DNA from: Nemertoderma westbladi
Taxonomy: Eukaryota; Animalia; Xenacoelomorpha
DNA length: 64,000 nucleotides
Direction of reading: 5' to 3'
NCBI GenBank assembly: GCA_032718475.1
Contig: JAUCBJ010002579.1
Coordinates: 1 to 64,000 of the forward strand
The translations under genes and the position numbers were made by a program. The notes under the pieces were generated by a model. It saw only the letters and a program-made list of their open reading frames with translations, ran no database searches and had not been told where the DNA came from. Shown here piece after piece: positions 11,618-23,558 of this stretch; positions within the stretch are counted from its first letter, which is position 1; each line of letters opens with the position of its first letter.

Positions 11618-13438
11618 ATGAAAATGGATACAAACAGATCTCGCCAATACATGTTCAGGGTAGCATTCATACATTATGATAAAACTACGCAAGACAAAAA
11701 TTTCAATAAAACCGTATGTACGTTTTCTTATGGGCACCTGGACAGTATCCTTCTTATTCCCAAGATCATGGATGGTCTGTCAACTATGCGGGAGAATCTA
11801 CGGACACTGGAGAAAAAGGTGGACGTTACACACAGAGTACATCTAAGGCGCATAGTGGATAACGAGAGGCAGTGGGGACGCCGGAACCTTATCGTAATGA
11901 ACATTAAAGAATCACGTAACGAGGATTTAAAGCAGGTTGCTCATAACTTTTTGAGAAAAGATCTCGGGATCACGGAGCGACTAGGTGTTGATCGTGTTTC
12001 GAGGCAAGGTATGTTCAAGCGCGGTTCCACCCGGCCTATAAAAATTGAATTTACAAATATGACTGACAAATATACAGCATTGGACGCCAAGGAGCAACTA
12101 ATTGGCTCAGAGTATCGAATGGTGGATGATTACCCCCCTGAACTGAGATCACAGAGAGCAATTCTTTTCCGCTTATCCAGAGAAGCTAAAGAGATGGGGC
12201 TTATTGCACGAGTATCAGGTAACGTTTTGAAACTGACTAATTTTTCAGTTAGTGGTTGGGACATAATCGATTCTCCTAATATTAATATCAGGACACTGCT
12301 CGACAGGCACTCCCCTGGACGAGCACGGGAGCCATCCCATCCCGATAGGAATCTATACAGGTCGCATGAGCAGGTTTCGAGAGGTCTGGACATCCATCCT
12401 AATACAAGATTTCGATACCAGGTAAACCTGCCAACCAGTGGGGGTGAACAACTGGGAAGCAATGAGGTTGAGGAATATGATAGGAGACGAGCGGATGAGA
12501 GAAATCCGTGGGAGACAGAACGGCGGCAGGAAGAGTGGAAGCGTGGAGAGGAAGAGCGACGGCGGGCGGAGGGACGGAAGCGTGGAGAGGAAGAACGATG
12601 GCGGGCGGAGGAACGGAAGCGTGAAGAGGAAGAGCGACGGTGGGCGGAGGAACAGAAGCGTGGAGAGGAAGAGCGACGGCGGGCGGAGGAACGGAAGCGA
12701 GGAGAGGAAAAGCGAGGGCGGGCGGAGGAACTGAAGCGTAGAGAGGAAGAGCGACGGCGGGCAGAGGAACGGAAGCGTGGAGAGGAGGAGCGACGGCGGG
12801 CAGAGGAACGGAAGCGTGGAGAGGAGGAGCGACGGTGGGCGGAGGGACGGAAGCGTGGAGAGGAAGAACGATGGCGGGCGGAGGAACGGAAGCGTGAAGA
12901 GGAAGAGCGACGGTGGGCGGAGGAACGGAAGCGTAGAGAGGAAGAGCGACGGCGGGCGGAGGAACGGAAGCGTAGAGAGGAAGAGCGACGGCGGGCGGAG
13001 GAACTGAAGCGTAGAGAGGAAGAGCGACGGCGGGCAGAGGAACGGAAGCGTGGAGAGGAGGAGCGACGGCGGGCAGAGGAACGGAAGCGTGGAGAGGAGG
13101 AGCGACGGTGGGCGGAAGAACAGAAGCGTGGAGAGGAAGAGCGACGGCGGGCGGAGGAACGGAAGCATGGAGAGGAAGAGCGACGGCGGGTGGAGGGGCC
13201 ACAATTGGGTTGCCCAGATGCAGCTCAGGCCTCGCCTATTGGTTCTGAGCTGCAGTCAGCCCCAAATCGGGAAGGTATGGCTGAGTTGGTATCAGACCGA
13301 GTGGGGGTTGACTCTGTGGATCCTCAGCACACCCCGGTAATAATTATACAGCGGGGTACAGGCGGAGATGATCAGACTTGGCGAATCCGGGAAAGTGCGG
13401 GGGATTTCCAGCCCGAACAGGAAACTCAAACAGGCTGA
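11618..13438 (+). CDS. LINE ORF1 protein (L1-ORF1p-like RRM/CTD) with an E/R/K-rich repeat tail
   Basis: RRNLIVMNIKE..EDL, RVSRQG..RPIKIEF and DDYPPELRSQRAIL are typical ORF1p motifs. The true start codon is uncertain. Confidence 0.8.
   Translation: MKMDTNRSRQYMFRVAFIHYDKTTQDKNFNKTVCTFSYGHLDSILLIPKIMDGLSTMRENLRTLEKKVDVTHRVHLRRIVDNERQWGRRNLIVMNIKESRNEDLKQVAHNFLRKDLGITERLGVDRVSRQGMFKRGSTRPIKIEFTNMTDKYTALDAKEQLIGSEYRMVDDYPPELRSQRAILFRLSREAKEMGLIARVSGNVLKLTNFSVSGWDIIDSPNINIRTLLDRHSPGRAREPSHPDRNLYRSHEQVSRGLDIHPNTRFRYQVNLPTSGGEQLGSNEVEEYDRRRADERNPWETERRQEEWKRGEEERRRAEGRKRGEEERWRAEERKREEEERRWAEEQKRGEEERRRAEERKRGEEKRGRAEELKRREEERRRAEERKRGEEERRRAEERKRGEEERRWAEGRKRGEEERWRAEERKREEEERRWAEERKRREEERRRAEERKRREEERRRAEELKRREEERRRAEERKRGEEERRRAEERKRGEEERRWAEEQKRGEEERRRAEERKHGEEERRRVEGPQLGCPDAAQASPIGSELQSAPNREGMAELVSDRVGVDSVDPQHTPVIIIQRGTGGDDQTWRIRESAGDFQPEQETQTG
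12539..13197 (+). repeat. Coding tandem repeat, 39-bp unit, 17 copies (consensus KRGEEERRRAEER)
   Basis: Counted from the ORF1 translation. No frame-breaking indels. Confidence 0.93.
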
Positions 13439-13485
13439 ACCCAGAACTAAAAGTTGAGCCGCCAAAAGCAGGGACTGATAAAAAT

Positions 13486-16400
13486 ATGCTGAAGGTTGGC
13501 TTGCTAAACATAGAAGGTATAAATACGGCGATTGCCGATCCCTACTTCTGTCAAACAATTAAAAAACATAACATTTTCGTTTGTGTGGAAACTTGGCAGG
13601 CCCCAAACAATCCTCGTGATATTGGCATTGGGGGATATAAGGATTTTAGTGTTTGTAGGAAATATAAACATAGATATGCTAAAAGATACAGTGGGGGTGT
13701 AACTGTTTATATATCTGAAGCGCTCGGTAATGAAGTTGTGATTCTGAATAACGTGACAAGTGAAGATTTATTATGGCTTAAATTTGTAGGTAAACCGAAC
13801 TCAAGAATACATAAGGATTTAATTATCTGTGCTGCGTATATTCCACCTCATAATTCTCCTAGCTATTTTAATGATTCTGGTTGTTTGTTTGATAAAATTC
13901 TAGAAGGTGTTTCTTTATACCAGAATGTTGATACTACTGATTTTTTAATAGTTGGAGATTTAAATGCAAGAACTGGTGTGCTATTAGATTATGTCTGTCA
14001 TGATTCTTTGTTTACTGGTTTTAATGATTTATTACCCGATGAATACGTTTTTGATGATAATGATTGGCCAAATGATACTAAGATCCGTTCCAATAGGGAT
14101 TCGATTACTAACAGACATGGTGAGAAATTGATTTCTCTCTGTCGGTCTAGCAACTTAAAGATATTAAATGGTCGTGTGGGAGCGGATAAGGGTGTGGGTA
14201 ACTTTACATATTATAGTGACGGAGGGAGGCATGGGGTTCGTAAGTCTACAATAGATTACTTTTTGGGTAATATTTCAATGATCACGGCCTGCAAATATTT
14301 TAGTATAGGCGACCCCAACAGTTTATCGCCTCATTGTACCGTATCAGCCGCTTTCAACATTAGTGGCAGTGAATATTTCTGTTGCAGTGAATCTTATGAT
14401 AATAGAACCAATGTTACTGCTGGTAAGTTAGCCAATAGCCGAAAATACAAATTTCTGCAAACAAAAAGTGGGGACTTTAGAGATGCATTAAACTCAGAAG
14501 CAACACAGCTGGAATTTGACAAGGTGTTGGACAATGTCTTATGTATGGAACCGCTTACCTGCAGTAAGGTTGATGCTGCCGTAACGGGGTTTACCGATAT
14601 TTTAAGTAATGTAGCCGATATTTATTTTAAAGTTGATAATAATGGTGTTTACCGTGCCTGTAATAATGCCCCTTGGTTTAATGAAAACTGTGCGGTAGCT
14701 AGAGATGCCTTTAGGCAGGCACTGGGAAGCTTTAAGAATAAGGGTGATGCAACGTCGAACGCTGCTATGGTGAAAATGAGGACCCAATACAGGAAGGTAC
14801 TTCGTAAAGCTCGTTTTGACTTTAATTGTGGGAGGTCGGACAAGTTGCGGAAATTTAAAATTGTAGACTCAAAAAAATTCTGGAAACTATTAAGGCAGAG
14901 TTGCCATGGTTCAAGTAGCCCACAGCAATCTCCAATAAGTGCGGAGGTATTTGCGTCCCATTTTAGGGCGCTGAATGAGGAAGGATCGAACTTTGAGGAT
15001 ATGGACGTTGTTGGGCTGCCTCCTAATAATAATAATAATGACTTTGCTTTAGCCAAACATATTTTTGAAAATTATATCTGTACGCCTTTGGAGGAGGAGG
15101 AGGTTGCCACGACTATCAATAGGTTACGTAGTAATAAAACACCGGGTTTTGATGGTATTTTAAACGAATTTTTCATAGTGGGGGCGGAAACTTTAGTCCC
15201 AGTTGTTACGAGCATATTTAATGCAGCCCTCCATTGTGGTTATTTCCCAGACAGTTGGACTACTGGTATAATCACACCCATCTACAAAAATAAAGGTACA
15301 AGGTTAGACTCTAACAACTATAGAGGTATAACTTTGTTAAGTGCATTTGGTAAATTATTTACGCTTATATTAAACGGACGACTCCAATGGTGGGCTGAGG
15401 GGTTTGCGATAATAATTGAAGCTCAAGCTGGGTTTCGAGGTGGTCGTTCTACAGTAGATCAGATTTTTATTTTGAAAACAATTATTGATAATTTTATAGG
15501 TAAACGTGTTAAGATTTATTGTGCATTTATTGACCTAAGAAAAGCGTTTGATTGTGTAGATAGAAGTGCTTTATGGGTAAAATTAACGAGGCTTGGTTTT
15601 TCAGGAAAAGTCTTTAATGTAATAAAAAGTATGTACAGTGCAGTTAAATCACGAGTACGTGTAGATGGGGAACTTTCTGGTGAGTTTATATGTTGGTTGG
15701 GCGTGAGGCAGGGCGAATGTCTTAGTCCATTGTTATTTAATCTATTTTTAAATGATTTAGAATCTGAATTGGCTGCAAATGGTATTCAAGGTATCTCAAT
15801 TGGCACATTTAAACTTTTAATGTTGTTGTATGCCGATGACATTGTGCTGATGGCAAACTCAGTTAATGATTTACAACATGCATTTGATATATTGGGTAGT
15901 TATTGTGATTATTGGTCTCTTACGGTTAACCTTGACAAATCTAACGTTGTTGTATTTAGGAAAGGGGGACAAGTGGCCTCCCATGAAAAATGGAAATATA
16001 AGGGTCATAATGTTAAAGTGGTGTGCGAATATATGTATCTGGGAGTATTATTTACTTGTGGGGGCAGCTTTGCCTGCGCTCAGAAAAATCTGGCTAACAA
16101 AGGGGAAAAAGCTAATTTTTCGTTAACAAAGTATTTGGCTAATTTTCCCACCACGGATTTCATTACGGCTTGTGATTTGTTTAATGCATTAGTTAAGCCA
16201 ATTTTGACATATGGTTGCGAAGTTTGGGGTTTTTGTTCATCAGTTGATACAGAACGTGTCTTATTAAAATTCCTAAAGAACCGCCTTGGAGTGAAGGTAA
16301 CAACCCCAAACTTCATGGTTTACGGTGAATCTGGCATTTTTCCGCTAGAAATTGAAAGATACTGTAGGATTATAAAGTATTGGTTAAAGTTACTAAGGTG

Positions 16401-17047
16401 CAATGACACTAGATTAGTTAAACAGGCCTATATTTTGCAATTGAACGAACTAAATACTGGTAGAACAGGGGATGGTGGAAATTGGGCTATCTCGGTGCGT
16501 AATTTACTAAATAATCTGGGATTTACTTGGGCGTGGGAAAGACCCGGGGACATAATTAAATGAGAGGAAATTCATTCTAAATGTTCGTGAACGATTATAT
16601 GCACAGTTCGTACAGGGTTGGTGGGGTGCCATCGAGCGGTCGCCGAAGGGTATGCTCTATAGCAAAAGGGATTTCAGTTTGGAGAATAACCTATCTATGT
16701 TGAGAGGTCACGCAGGTCTTAGTAGGTTGATTTCCAGGTTCAGGTGTTCGTCACATGCACTTCTGATCGAGAGCGGCCGGTGGTATAAAATACCCAGGGA
16801 ATCGAGAATATGCCCGGTTTGTAATAAAAATGATATAGAGGATGAATATCATTTTTTGTTGGTGTGTGATGGTTATCGAGATCTGCGCATGAAGTACTTC
16901 TCTGGGCGCTACAATGTGAATCCTACTATATTGAAATACCATGAGCTAATGGGGGCAACTACCAGGGAAAAACTACTAAAGTTAGGTCGTTACCTTAACG
17001 AGGCTTTTCGCGTTAGGGAGAACATTATGCAATGTCGTTCCATATAA
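13486..17047 (+). pseudogene. LINE ORF2 (APE endonuclease + reverse transcriptase + C-terminal zinc motif) with one frameshift near 16560
   Basis: APE motifs NIEG, VETW, VGDLNAR, STIDY. RT motifs NYRGITLL, QAGFR, FIDLRKAFD, GVRQGECLSPLLF, YADD. One extra base at ATTAAA-TGAGAGG shifts the frame into NERKFILNVRERL...SSHALLIESGRW...CPVC..IEDEYHFLLVC..Y. Confidence 0.92.
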
Positions 17048-17960
17048 TATTCATATCAATTATTTTTGTGGGAATTATACAGTATGTGCTTTCGTCAGTT
17101 TATTTTTCAAACCAAACATTTATTTTTTATATTAGTAGATTTATTTTGTGTTTATTATTTCCTTATAGTTACTTGTGCAGTTAATTGTGCGGTCACTAAT
17201 AGCCTTAATTGGTTGATGTGCTTATTATACAATACAATTATACCCTTATTATCTATACAATGACAAAAAACTGTTGCGGTCTTTTGTATTGCACCTTCGC
17301 TCTTTTATATTTGTAACACTATACATATGTTGTGACTTTTTACATTGAATATCTCGAGAACTAGACAATTAGAGTACTGTCTTCTCGATTATACCTGCTA
17401 GGAGTGTAAAGCGCGCGCATGGATATAAAACCACACAATTAAAACTATTTAGTTATACGGCGAGTATATTACTGAATGCAAACATAAATGAAGGATTACG
17501 ATAATTATGACTAATAAGGTTTAAAATAATTCAATTCATTAATACGTCATATAACACCACGAATAATAAGTCCGGGCATATATTGCCTTAATTTACTTCC
17601 CACTCCCCCACCCCCCTAATATTTTTATAAATAATAATCATAAACTAATTTTTCTTAAATTAGTTCTCATAATTAATTAAATTAGATCTCAATAAGTTTA
17701 AAACAGATATACGCCTCTCGACTTTTTACTTTTTTCTCAGAATTGTATATTTCATTTAAATATTTTGCTACAACAAGCGATAATAAATCTCATTAAGAAT
17801 TCTAGAAAATTAGGGAGGAGGGGGAGTTGGGTACCTGAATTAATATACTATAATCTAAGACGAGATAGAGTTATGTATAAAATTTAGGGATATAAAAAAA
17901 ATAAACCTAATTAGATACCATTTATTGCACATCTCAACTGAATTAGTGACTTCCTGGGAT

Positions 17961-20900
17961 TTATTTGTATCGATTAATGAGTTTTCGAAGTTTCTCCAAT
18001 CTGTTCTGCAGCTCTTTATCAATACCGGACCCTCGAGAAATCTGTAAGTCGCCGACAGTCGCCTCAAACCCAGGCGAAACCCGGTCCATTAGCGCTGAGT
18101 TCAATTCGGCCAAAGTATTGAGAGTCTCAAAAAATCGAGGTTGGCTGCCTCTAATGTTCTTGGATATAAAGTTATTTACAATAGGGACAAATACTTTGTT
18201 ATCAACATCTAAAGTTAATAGAATTTTCAGTAGCTCCAGGGATGACTGCTTTGCGATGCAGTTATCCATTAGCTGACAACGGAGTAAAAGCGGCATTGTG
18301 GTTTCAATAATTTTTAATTTTATTCCGGACTGAATTGTAACATCCATAACTAAAGTTTTGTAAAACATCACTGCCGCGCGAAACTTCGAAGAAGCTGTTG
18401 GGTTTTCTGACATCATTATACAATCTTTAATGAGGTCTACAAGGCAATCGGCAAATAGCAATTCTTTGGTGATTTCCGTTTCAGAGATCGACTTAAAACA
18501 GGTGTAGAAAGGATGCGAGTCTATGGCAGAGTTGCCGGTTATGAACTGAAGGAAATATATTGAAACAGAATCGTTTAGTTTCCTACATATATAGGGATCT
18601 CTTGTGTAATCCAGGTATGCCAGTCCCAGCATAAAGTGATTGAAATACTTTCTGACACAAAGTGCATGTATGTAGTACGGGGTTGGACTTCTTTCTGTTG
18701 CGTGGGATTTATGGAAGAGCAATACATCAAAGAATGTTGAAAATATCTTGTTTGATTTGGCTTGAGCATAAAGAACTCTTGATGCAAAGTGGCAAAGGTG
18801 TGAGGAAACGATAAAGATTGATTCAATCTGATCATTAGATAGGTTGCTTCGATTTGTAAAAGATTTCTCGATATAATCAAAGGTGTCACTGAATTGGATT
18901 AAAGTTCTAGAACGTAATGCTCCTCTATCATATAGAGTTTCGCAATCATTATATGCGGTTTGTATATTTCTTATAAACCTTAACAATAAGGATTGTGCTG
19001 TTTGTGACCTTTCGTTAGCAATGAGACCGATGTCACAAACAATTCGAGTTAATTCCTTCAAATGAACGTTGCTTTCATTGACAAATACAGCACATTGAAT
19101 CCAAGTGCGAAGCAGTATCTGTCCGTATTCAACCCGACCCACTAGTTGGATTAGTTTATCCTCTATGGAATGGCTGCATGATAAGTTGGCCAGGTATTGG
19201 CACGCAGAAATATGATCAACGGAAGAGCAACTCGAGAAGTAGGTGAAGGATTTATGGAATTCCGATCCTGGTGATTCAGCTGCAGACGACTCTGCGAGAA
19301 TAAAGGTTAAACTACAAACTAATTTCAGTGAAACTTCCTGCGGAGTAGCACTGCGACAATGATGTCTGCAAAATGGCAATAAAATCGTTGATAAATGCGA
19401 TATAATTGATGAAGAACGAGATGATGATTTGGAAGTTAATCGATAGTTATCCAATATTTTGCTGAAATGGGGTATTATTTGTTGAACTTCGGCGGAGTTG
19501 AGATTTAATAAGATATCCTTTATGGTGCAGGGAAGGAGTGACACCAAAGTTGATGTGGAATCATCCAGAGGAGTTGGTGAAAATATAAATTGTTTCAGAA
19601 GCTCCAGATAATTAGTAAACATTAAGGCTGCTTGTGATCGTTGGAGAGGGTCGCAAAGTTTACTATTGAAATATCTTGTTACACTCCGTTCTAAAACAGC
19701 AGAAATTCGCGCTATGAACACGGTCTGCATGGGGGTATTGGGTACAACTTTTAACCAGAGGAAGTTAATAATCAGTAAGATGTTGTCATTCCTAGAAGCT
19801 GATCTGTTTGAATAAATACATTCCGATAAATCTAGGTATTTCTCAGAGACTTCAGTGATATCAGTTAATAAAGCCAATGCAATAAATAATGAAGTAAAGT
19901 TCCTTACACCATGTGCCGAAAGTTCCAGAATTTTACGAGGGGAAAAATTCAAATAAAATCTACTTTTAATCCTCTTCCAATTGTTTTGGTTATCTTTCAA
20001 TAAATTAGACAACAATTTTAAGAAGTAATGAAAACTGGTAGAATCATTTCTTCTGCTCACAAAATTTGAAGTATCACCTTTATCTGCAACAAATGATTGA
20101 ATTAATTGAAACCAAGATTCAGGAGACTCAGAAAAATTCAAACAATCAACCGTTGAATCGACTCTAAATGATTCATTGATATATTTGCTAAAATACAGCC
20201 ATAAATGAAGAATTATATTGATATTACAACCCCAAAGTGCAGTCAGTTCCATCAAATATTTACAGTAATCAATCGCATCGCAATTTGACAACATTTTACC
20301 ATCACATACAAATGTTTGTTTAACTAAAACTAAAATAATATCCCAGTCTTTCCAGCTTGGTAGATTTGAAGCCACCTCCGCTTTGGAAAAAACTGTAGAG
20401 AAAGTTGATGCTAACATCCATACAGTTTTTATTTTATGCAAATCACTATGTTTTTCAATATTATACAAGTGGTAGTGGAATGGTGTTATCTCTTCTGAAA
20501 TATCGCTGTTCAATACATAAAGCAAAGCATTCGATAGTAATTCATTAAACTTAAGTGAATTTCCGATAAAACTATTTATCATGACTTGCAGCAATTGTAA
20601 AAGACCCTTGTAACATTGGCAGTGAAATTTGTGTGGTGAGTGTAGTCGGTGATTATCACGTGTTCTAGAGACTATATCCTCCCCAATAGTAATCTGTACA
20701 ATCCAATCGGAAATTATGAAATATATAAGGTTACAAAGCAGAGGGTTGGTGTTATTAGATTTACCGTCAAGATCAAAAGGACTGCCAATGATGTCATCAG
20801 TTAATAAAGCCTTATCCACAAAATTATCATGACTATAATTCTCTAATAAATAAATAATTAACAACGTGTAATAGTATATATTAATATAGAGATGGAATAA

Positions 20901-21656
20901 TGCATTACTTGGATTCTCTTCAGGGTTAGTTAAATTCCACTGTTTTGCGACATTCGACAGTCTTCCAATCTGACAAGTTAGTCCACAGAGTTCGGAAAAT
21001 ATTGATAATCGAAGATCGTGTGTTGTGAATGCATTGAAAGATATAATATTTAGAGCTTGGCTTTTAGGATGTTTCAATATACATTCATGTTGAGACTTTA
21101 CAGACACAAAAACGAATGCCAAAAAAGATGATATTTGCTCGCAAATAACAAGGGACTGTTTCAAGTTGCACTCATTAATGCTAATATTTGAAACAGGCAT
21201 GTTGGAAAGTCGGCGTAATTCGTTCAATTTTATTTTAAGCAGATTGAACAATGTTGAGTTAGCTGTTTCCAATGATCCAAATTTATAGCCAAAAAATTGA
21301 TTCCGATTCAAAAGCGACATTGATGAGTTGACTGAAAACCATGCATTTACATTTCCAGCTCCAGTGATGGCGTTTAAATTATCAATAAAATCAGCATATT
21401 GTTCTTCTGATGAACGCAAAAGATGACAGTAATAGAAAACAGGACCATCTAGAGAATTAACAGGAATTTCTGTCTTGTCACAACACTCGTTTGTAGCAAC
21501 TCTCTCGCGAAGTTCATCATTCAATGTGGGTAGCAAAAAGGGTGAAACAATTGTTGGTTGAATTGAGTTTACAGTAAATGTGGGACTTTTACAGACATAG
21601 TCATCGATATCTGGCGATGATGGGGGTGTAAATGAATTCTCAATGAAGTTATCCAT
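17961..21656 (-). CDS. MMS22L: MMS22-like DNA repair protein (TONSL partner), 1231 aa, single uninterrupted ORF
   Basis: N-terminal S.TPP.SP. Central WKRIKSRFYLNFSPRKILELSAHGVRNFTSLFIALA resembles vertebrate WKQVKGRIYSKF..LTEVGLQNFFSLFLLLA. Also DPYICRKL and a C-terminal E/Q..RG.G motif. Length is close to vertebrate MMS22L. Confidence 0.88.
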   Translation of the reverse strand: MDNFIENSFTPPSSPDIDDYVCKSPTFTVNSIQPTIVSPFLLPTLNDELRERVATNECCDKTEIPVNSLDGPVFYYCHLLRSSEEQYADFIDNLNAITGAGNVNAWFSVNSSMSLLNRNQFFGYKFGSLETANSTLFNLLKIKLNELRRLSNMPVSNISINECNLKQSLVICEQISSFLAFVFVSVKSQHECILKHPKSQALNIISFNAFTTHDLRLSIFSELCGLTCQIGRLSNVAKQWNLTNPEENPSNALFHLYINIYYYTLLIIYLLENYSHDNFVDKALLTDDIIGSPFDLDGKSNNTNPLLCNLIYFIISDWIVQITIGEDIVSRTRDNHRLHSPHKFHCQCYKGLLQLLQVMINSFIGNSLKFNELLSNALLYVLNSDISEEITPFHYHLYNIEKHSDLHKIKTVWMLASTFSTVFSKAEVASNLPSWKDWDIILVLVKQTFVCDGKMLSNCDAIDYCKYLMELTALWGCNINIILHLWLYFSKYINESFRVDSTVDCLNFSESPESWFQLIQSFVADKGDTSNFVSRRNDSTSFHYFLKLLSNLLKDNQNNWKRIKSRFYLNFSPRKILELSAHGVRNFTSLFIALALLTDITEVSEKYLDLSECIYSNRSASRNDNILLIINFLWLKVVPNTPMQTVFIARISAVLERSVTRYFNSKLCDPLQRSQAALMFTNYLELLKQFIFSPTPLDDSTSTLVSLLPCTIKDILLNLNSAEVQQIIPHFSKILDNYRLTSKSSSRSSSIISHLSTILLPFCRHHCRSATPQEVSLKLVCSLTFILAESSAAESPGSEFHKSFTYFSSCSSVDHISACQYLANLSCSHSIEDKLIQLVGRVEYGQILLRTWIQCAVFVNESNVHLKELTRIVCDIGLIANERSQTAQSLLLRFIRNIQTAYNDCETLYDRGALRSRTLIQFSDTFDYIEKSFTNRSNLSNDQIESIFIVSSHLCHFASRVLYAQAKSNKIFSTFFDVLLFHKSHATERSPTPYYIHALCVRKYFNHFMLGLAYLDYTRDPYICRKLNDSVSIYFLQFITGNSAIDSHPFYTCFKSISETEITKELLFADCLVDLIKDCIMMSENPTASSKFRAAVMFYKTLVMDVTIQSGIKLKIIETTMPLLLRCQLMDNCIAKQSSLELLKILLTLDVDNKVFVPIVNNFISKNIRGSQPRFFETLNTLAELNSALMDRVSPGFEATVGDLQISRGSGIDKELQNRLEKLRKLINRYK

Positions 21657-22995
21657 CTGTTACTCGAGGAAGTAATATAAACTAGGTACCGTATGTTAAA
21701 CCGGTAGTGTAACAAAATAATGCTGTAATGGAATAACATAAATATATCACCTACCTACCGCTTCCAGTATCCTATTGGAGGCCTATTTACCTCAATGTCC
21801 TGGGATATAGTGTGATTATTCAGGTAACTGCCCCCGAAAAATAAATGTTTCTACAAATTTTAATGAGACTGCATAAAATTTGTAATAATAGAGATAGTTT
21901 CATCTCCCTCCTCCACGCTGGGTAGCCACAATTTAAATTTTTAGCTCTGACTCTTTAGCTATAAGCTATCTTTAGCTATATGATTAAGGTATATTCCTCC
22001 AGTTACGCCGCAGTTATTATTCAACCTTCATGATTTCTTGGTACCTGACGGGAAGGTGGCCATGCAAGGATTCCAAATATGATACAATCTGGATTTTGTT
22101 GAGAACACATTTGTTTATAATTATGTATGAATAGCGACATAATATTATGATTAAAGAGATACACATTGTTGCCAGGCACTGCACCACTGCAGGTAGTGCT
22201 GCAGTGTTGAACGAACAGGTACCTGAATAAAGATACTATAGTCCACGATATGGTGTAGGAAGTAGGAGTAACAGGTGTTAGGCTTATGTATCAGGTCTAA
22301 GTTTAAGTGGTATTTACACTATACAGCTATGACCAGACTTCCTGGTCCCAGGCTGCCAGGGTGTATTTTAACCCCCTCCAGTGAAAACTCACCCCTGCTC
22401 CTACATTTGTCCATTTTCACTCTCTGCAAATCCACCCCCAGATAAAATTCCCGTGTATTCCAGTATTCTCATTTACAGTGCATCTGCATGTAAAAATAGA
22501 TAGCTAGATTGATAGATACACGGTAGAATTCAGCACGTTAGTAAAATGTAGTAATTGTAGACACTGTATGGCCCTTCGCGCAGCACGTGAGTAGCGAAAT
22601 AGAAATAAATATACAGTATTCGCCCTTCACGCAGTATGAAACAGAAACATACACATACAGCCTGACAGTAGTAAATGACGGATGTGACTTCGATCACCAT
22701 GAAAATTACGTAATAAATAGGTAGGCCTAGAGGGAGAGCCATTGTCAGATTGTAAAACCCGTTGATCAGCACGTGAGTAATATGTCTGTATGTAGGCCTA
22801 GTATAGTAAATATAGAAAGAGACACTGTTGGGCCCTTCTGCCTTTCACGGTGCAGGCGCAGCACATTTGTTACATTAACTATATATACAGTGTTGGGCCC
22901 TTGGCGCAGCATGTTAGTTAGACGTGGGTGTCGGAGTGTTTTTCTTGCCGAAGTGATAATCTAACATGTTTCAAAACACAATGACACGACACACG

Positions 22996-23230
22996 GTTAT
23001 CGTTCATATGCGTACCTCTGGCAAAAGAAGCAGGTTACAGTGGTGGTGTTTTCTAACCAAAACAATAAACTAATCTCCATTACTTAATTAACGGAAAGGA
23101 GCAGGTTACAGTGGTGGGCTTTTCTAACCAAAACAATAAACAATATCTCAATAACATAGGGTATTTCATACTTATAATAGTCTTATTTTTGCAATACGAA
23201 AATACCAGAGGTACGCATATGAACTATAAC
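22996..23230. mobile_element. Small TIR element (MITE)
   Basis: 26-bp inverted repeats GTTATCGTTCATATGCGTACCTCTGG / CCAGAGGTACGCATATGAACTATAAC (one mismatch) enclose two GCAGGTTACAG..CCAAAACAATAAAC units. Confidence 0.7.
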
Positions 23231-23558
23231 TCGACCCACTGACACAAGAAGCAATCGACCTCACAATAATCAATATAAAGCACTGATGAAATATTCAATT
23301 TATTTATTCTCGAATCTCTGTAGCCTTTAATAGGCCTAGCACAGCACACTGTAAACTAAACAGGGAAAGTAGGGCTGAAGTAACCGCCCATGTGAAGAAT
23401 ACCAGACTTTCTGCCGTTATATTTCACTTTGCAGTTACCCCCATGCTGCCATGTGAAGTGAAGTGAAGCATACCAGGTTTTCACCAAAAACACAGGTTAC
23501 AGAAGGACTGAATCTAACCAAAATAAGAAACAAAATTAGTAGTATATGACATATGTGC

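Larger units (their letters stand above)
11200..17100 (+). mobile_element. Near full-length two-ORF non-LTR retrotransposon (RTEX-like LINE); ends approximate
   Basis: ORF1 with an L1-type RRM/CTD region, then ORF2 with APE endonuclease, RT and a C-terminal Cys/His motif. No TSD or tail could be resolved. Confidence 0.85.

Noticed and set aside
12353-13204. Minus-strand ORFs of 283 and 267 aa (Pro/Leu-rich)
   Set aside because: Antisense shadows of the stop-free 39-bp repeat in LINE ORF1.
21828-22115. Putative MMS22L upstream regulatory sequence
   Set aside because: Blocks recur elsewhere in the window (about 27545-27630, and inverted at about 4335-4395), so they are more likely decayed dispersed repeats.
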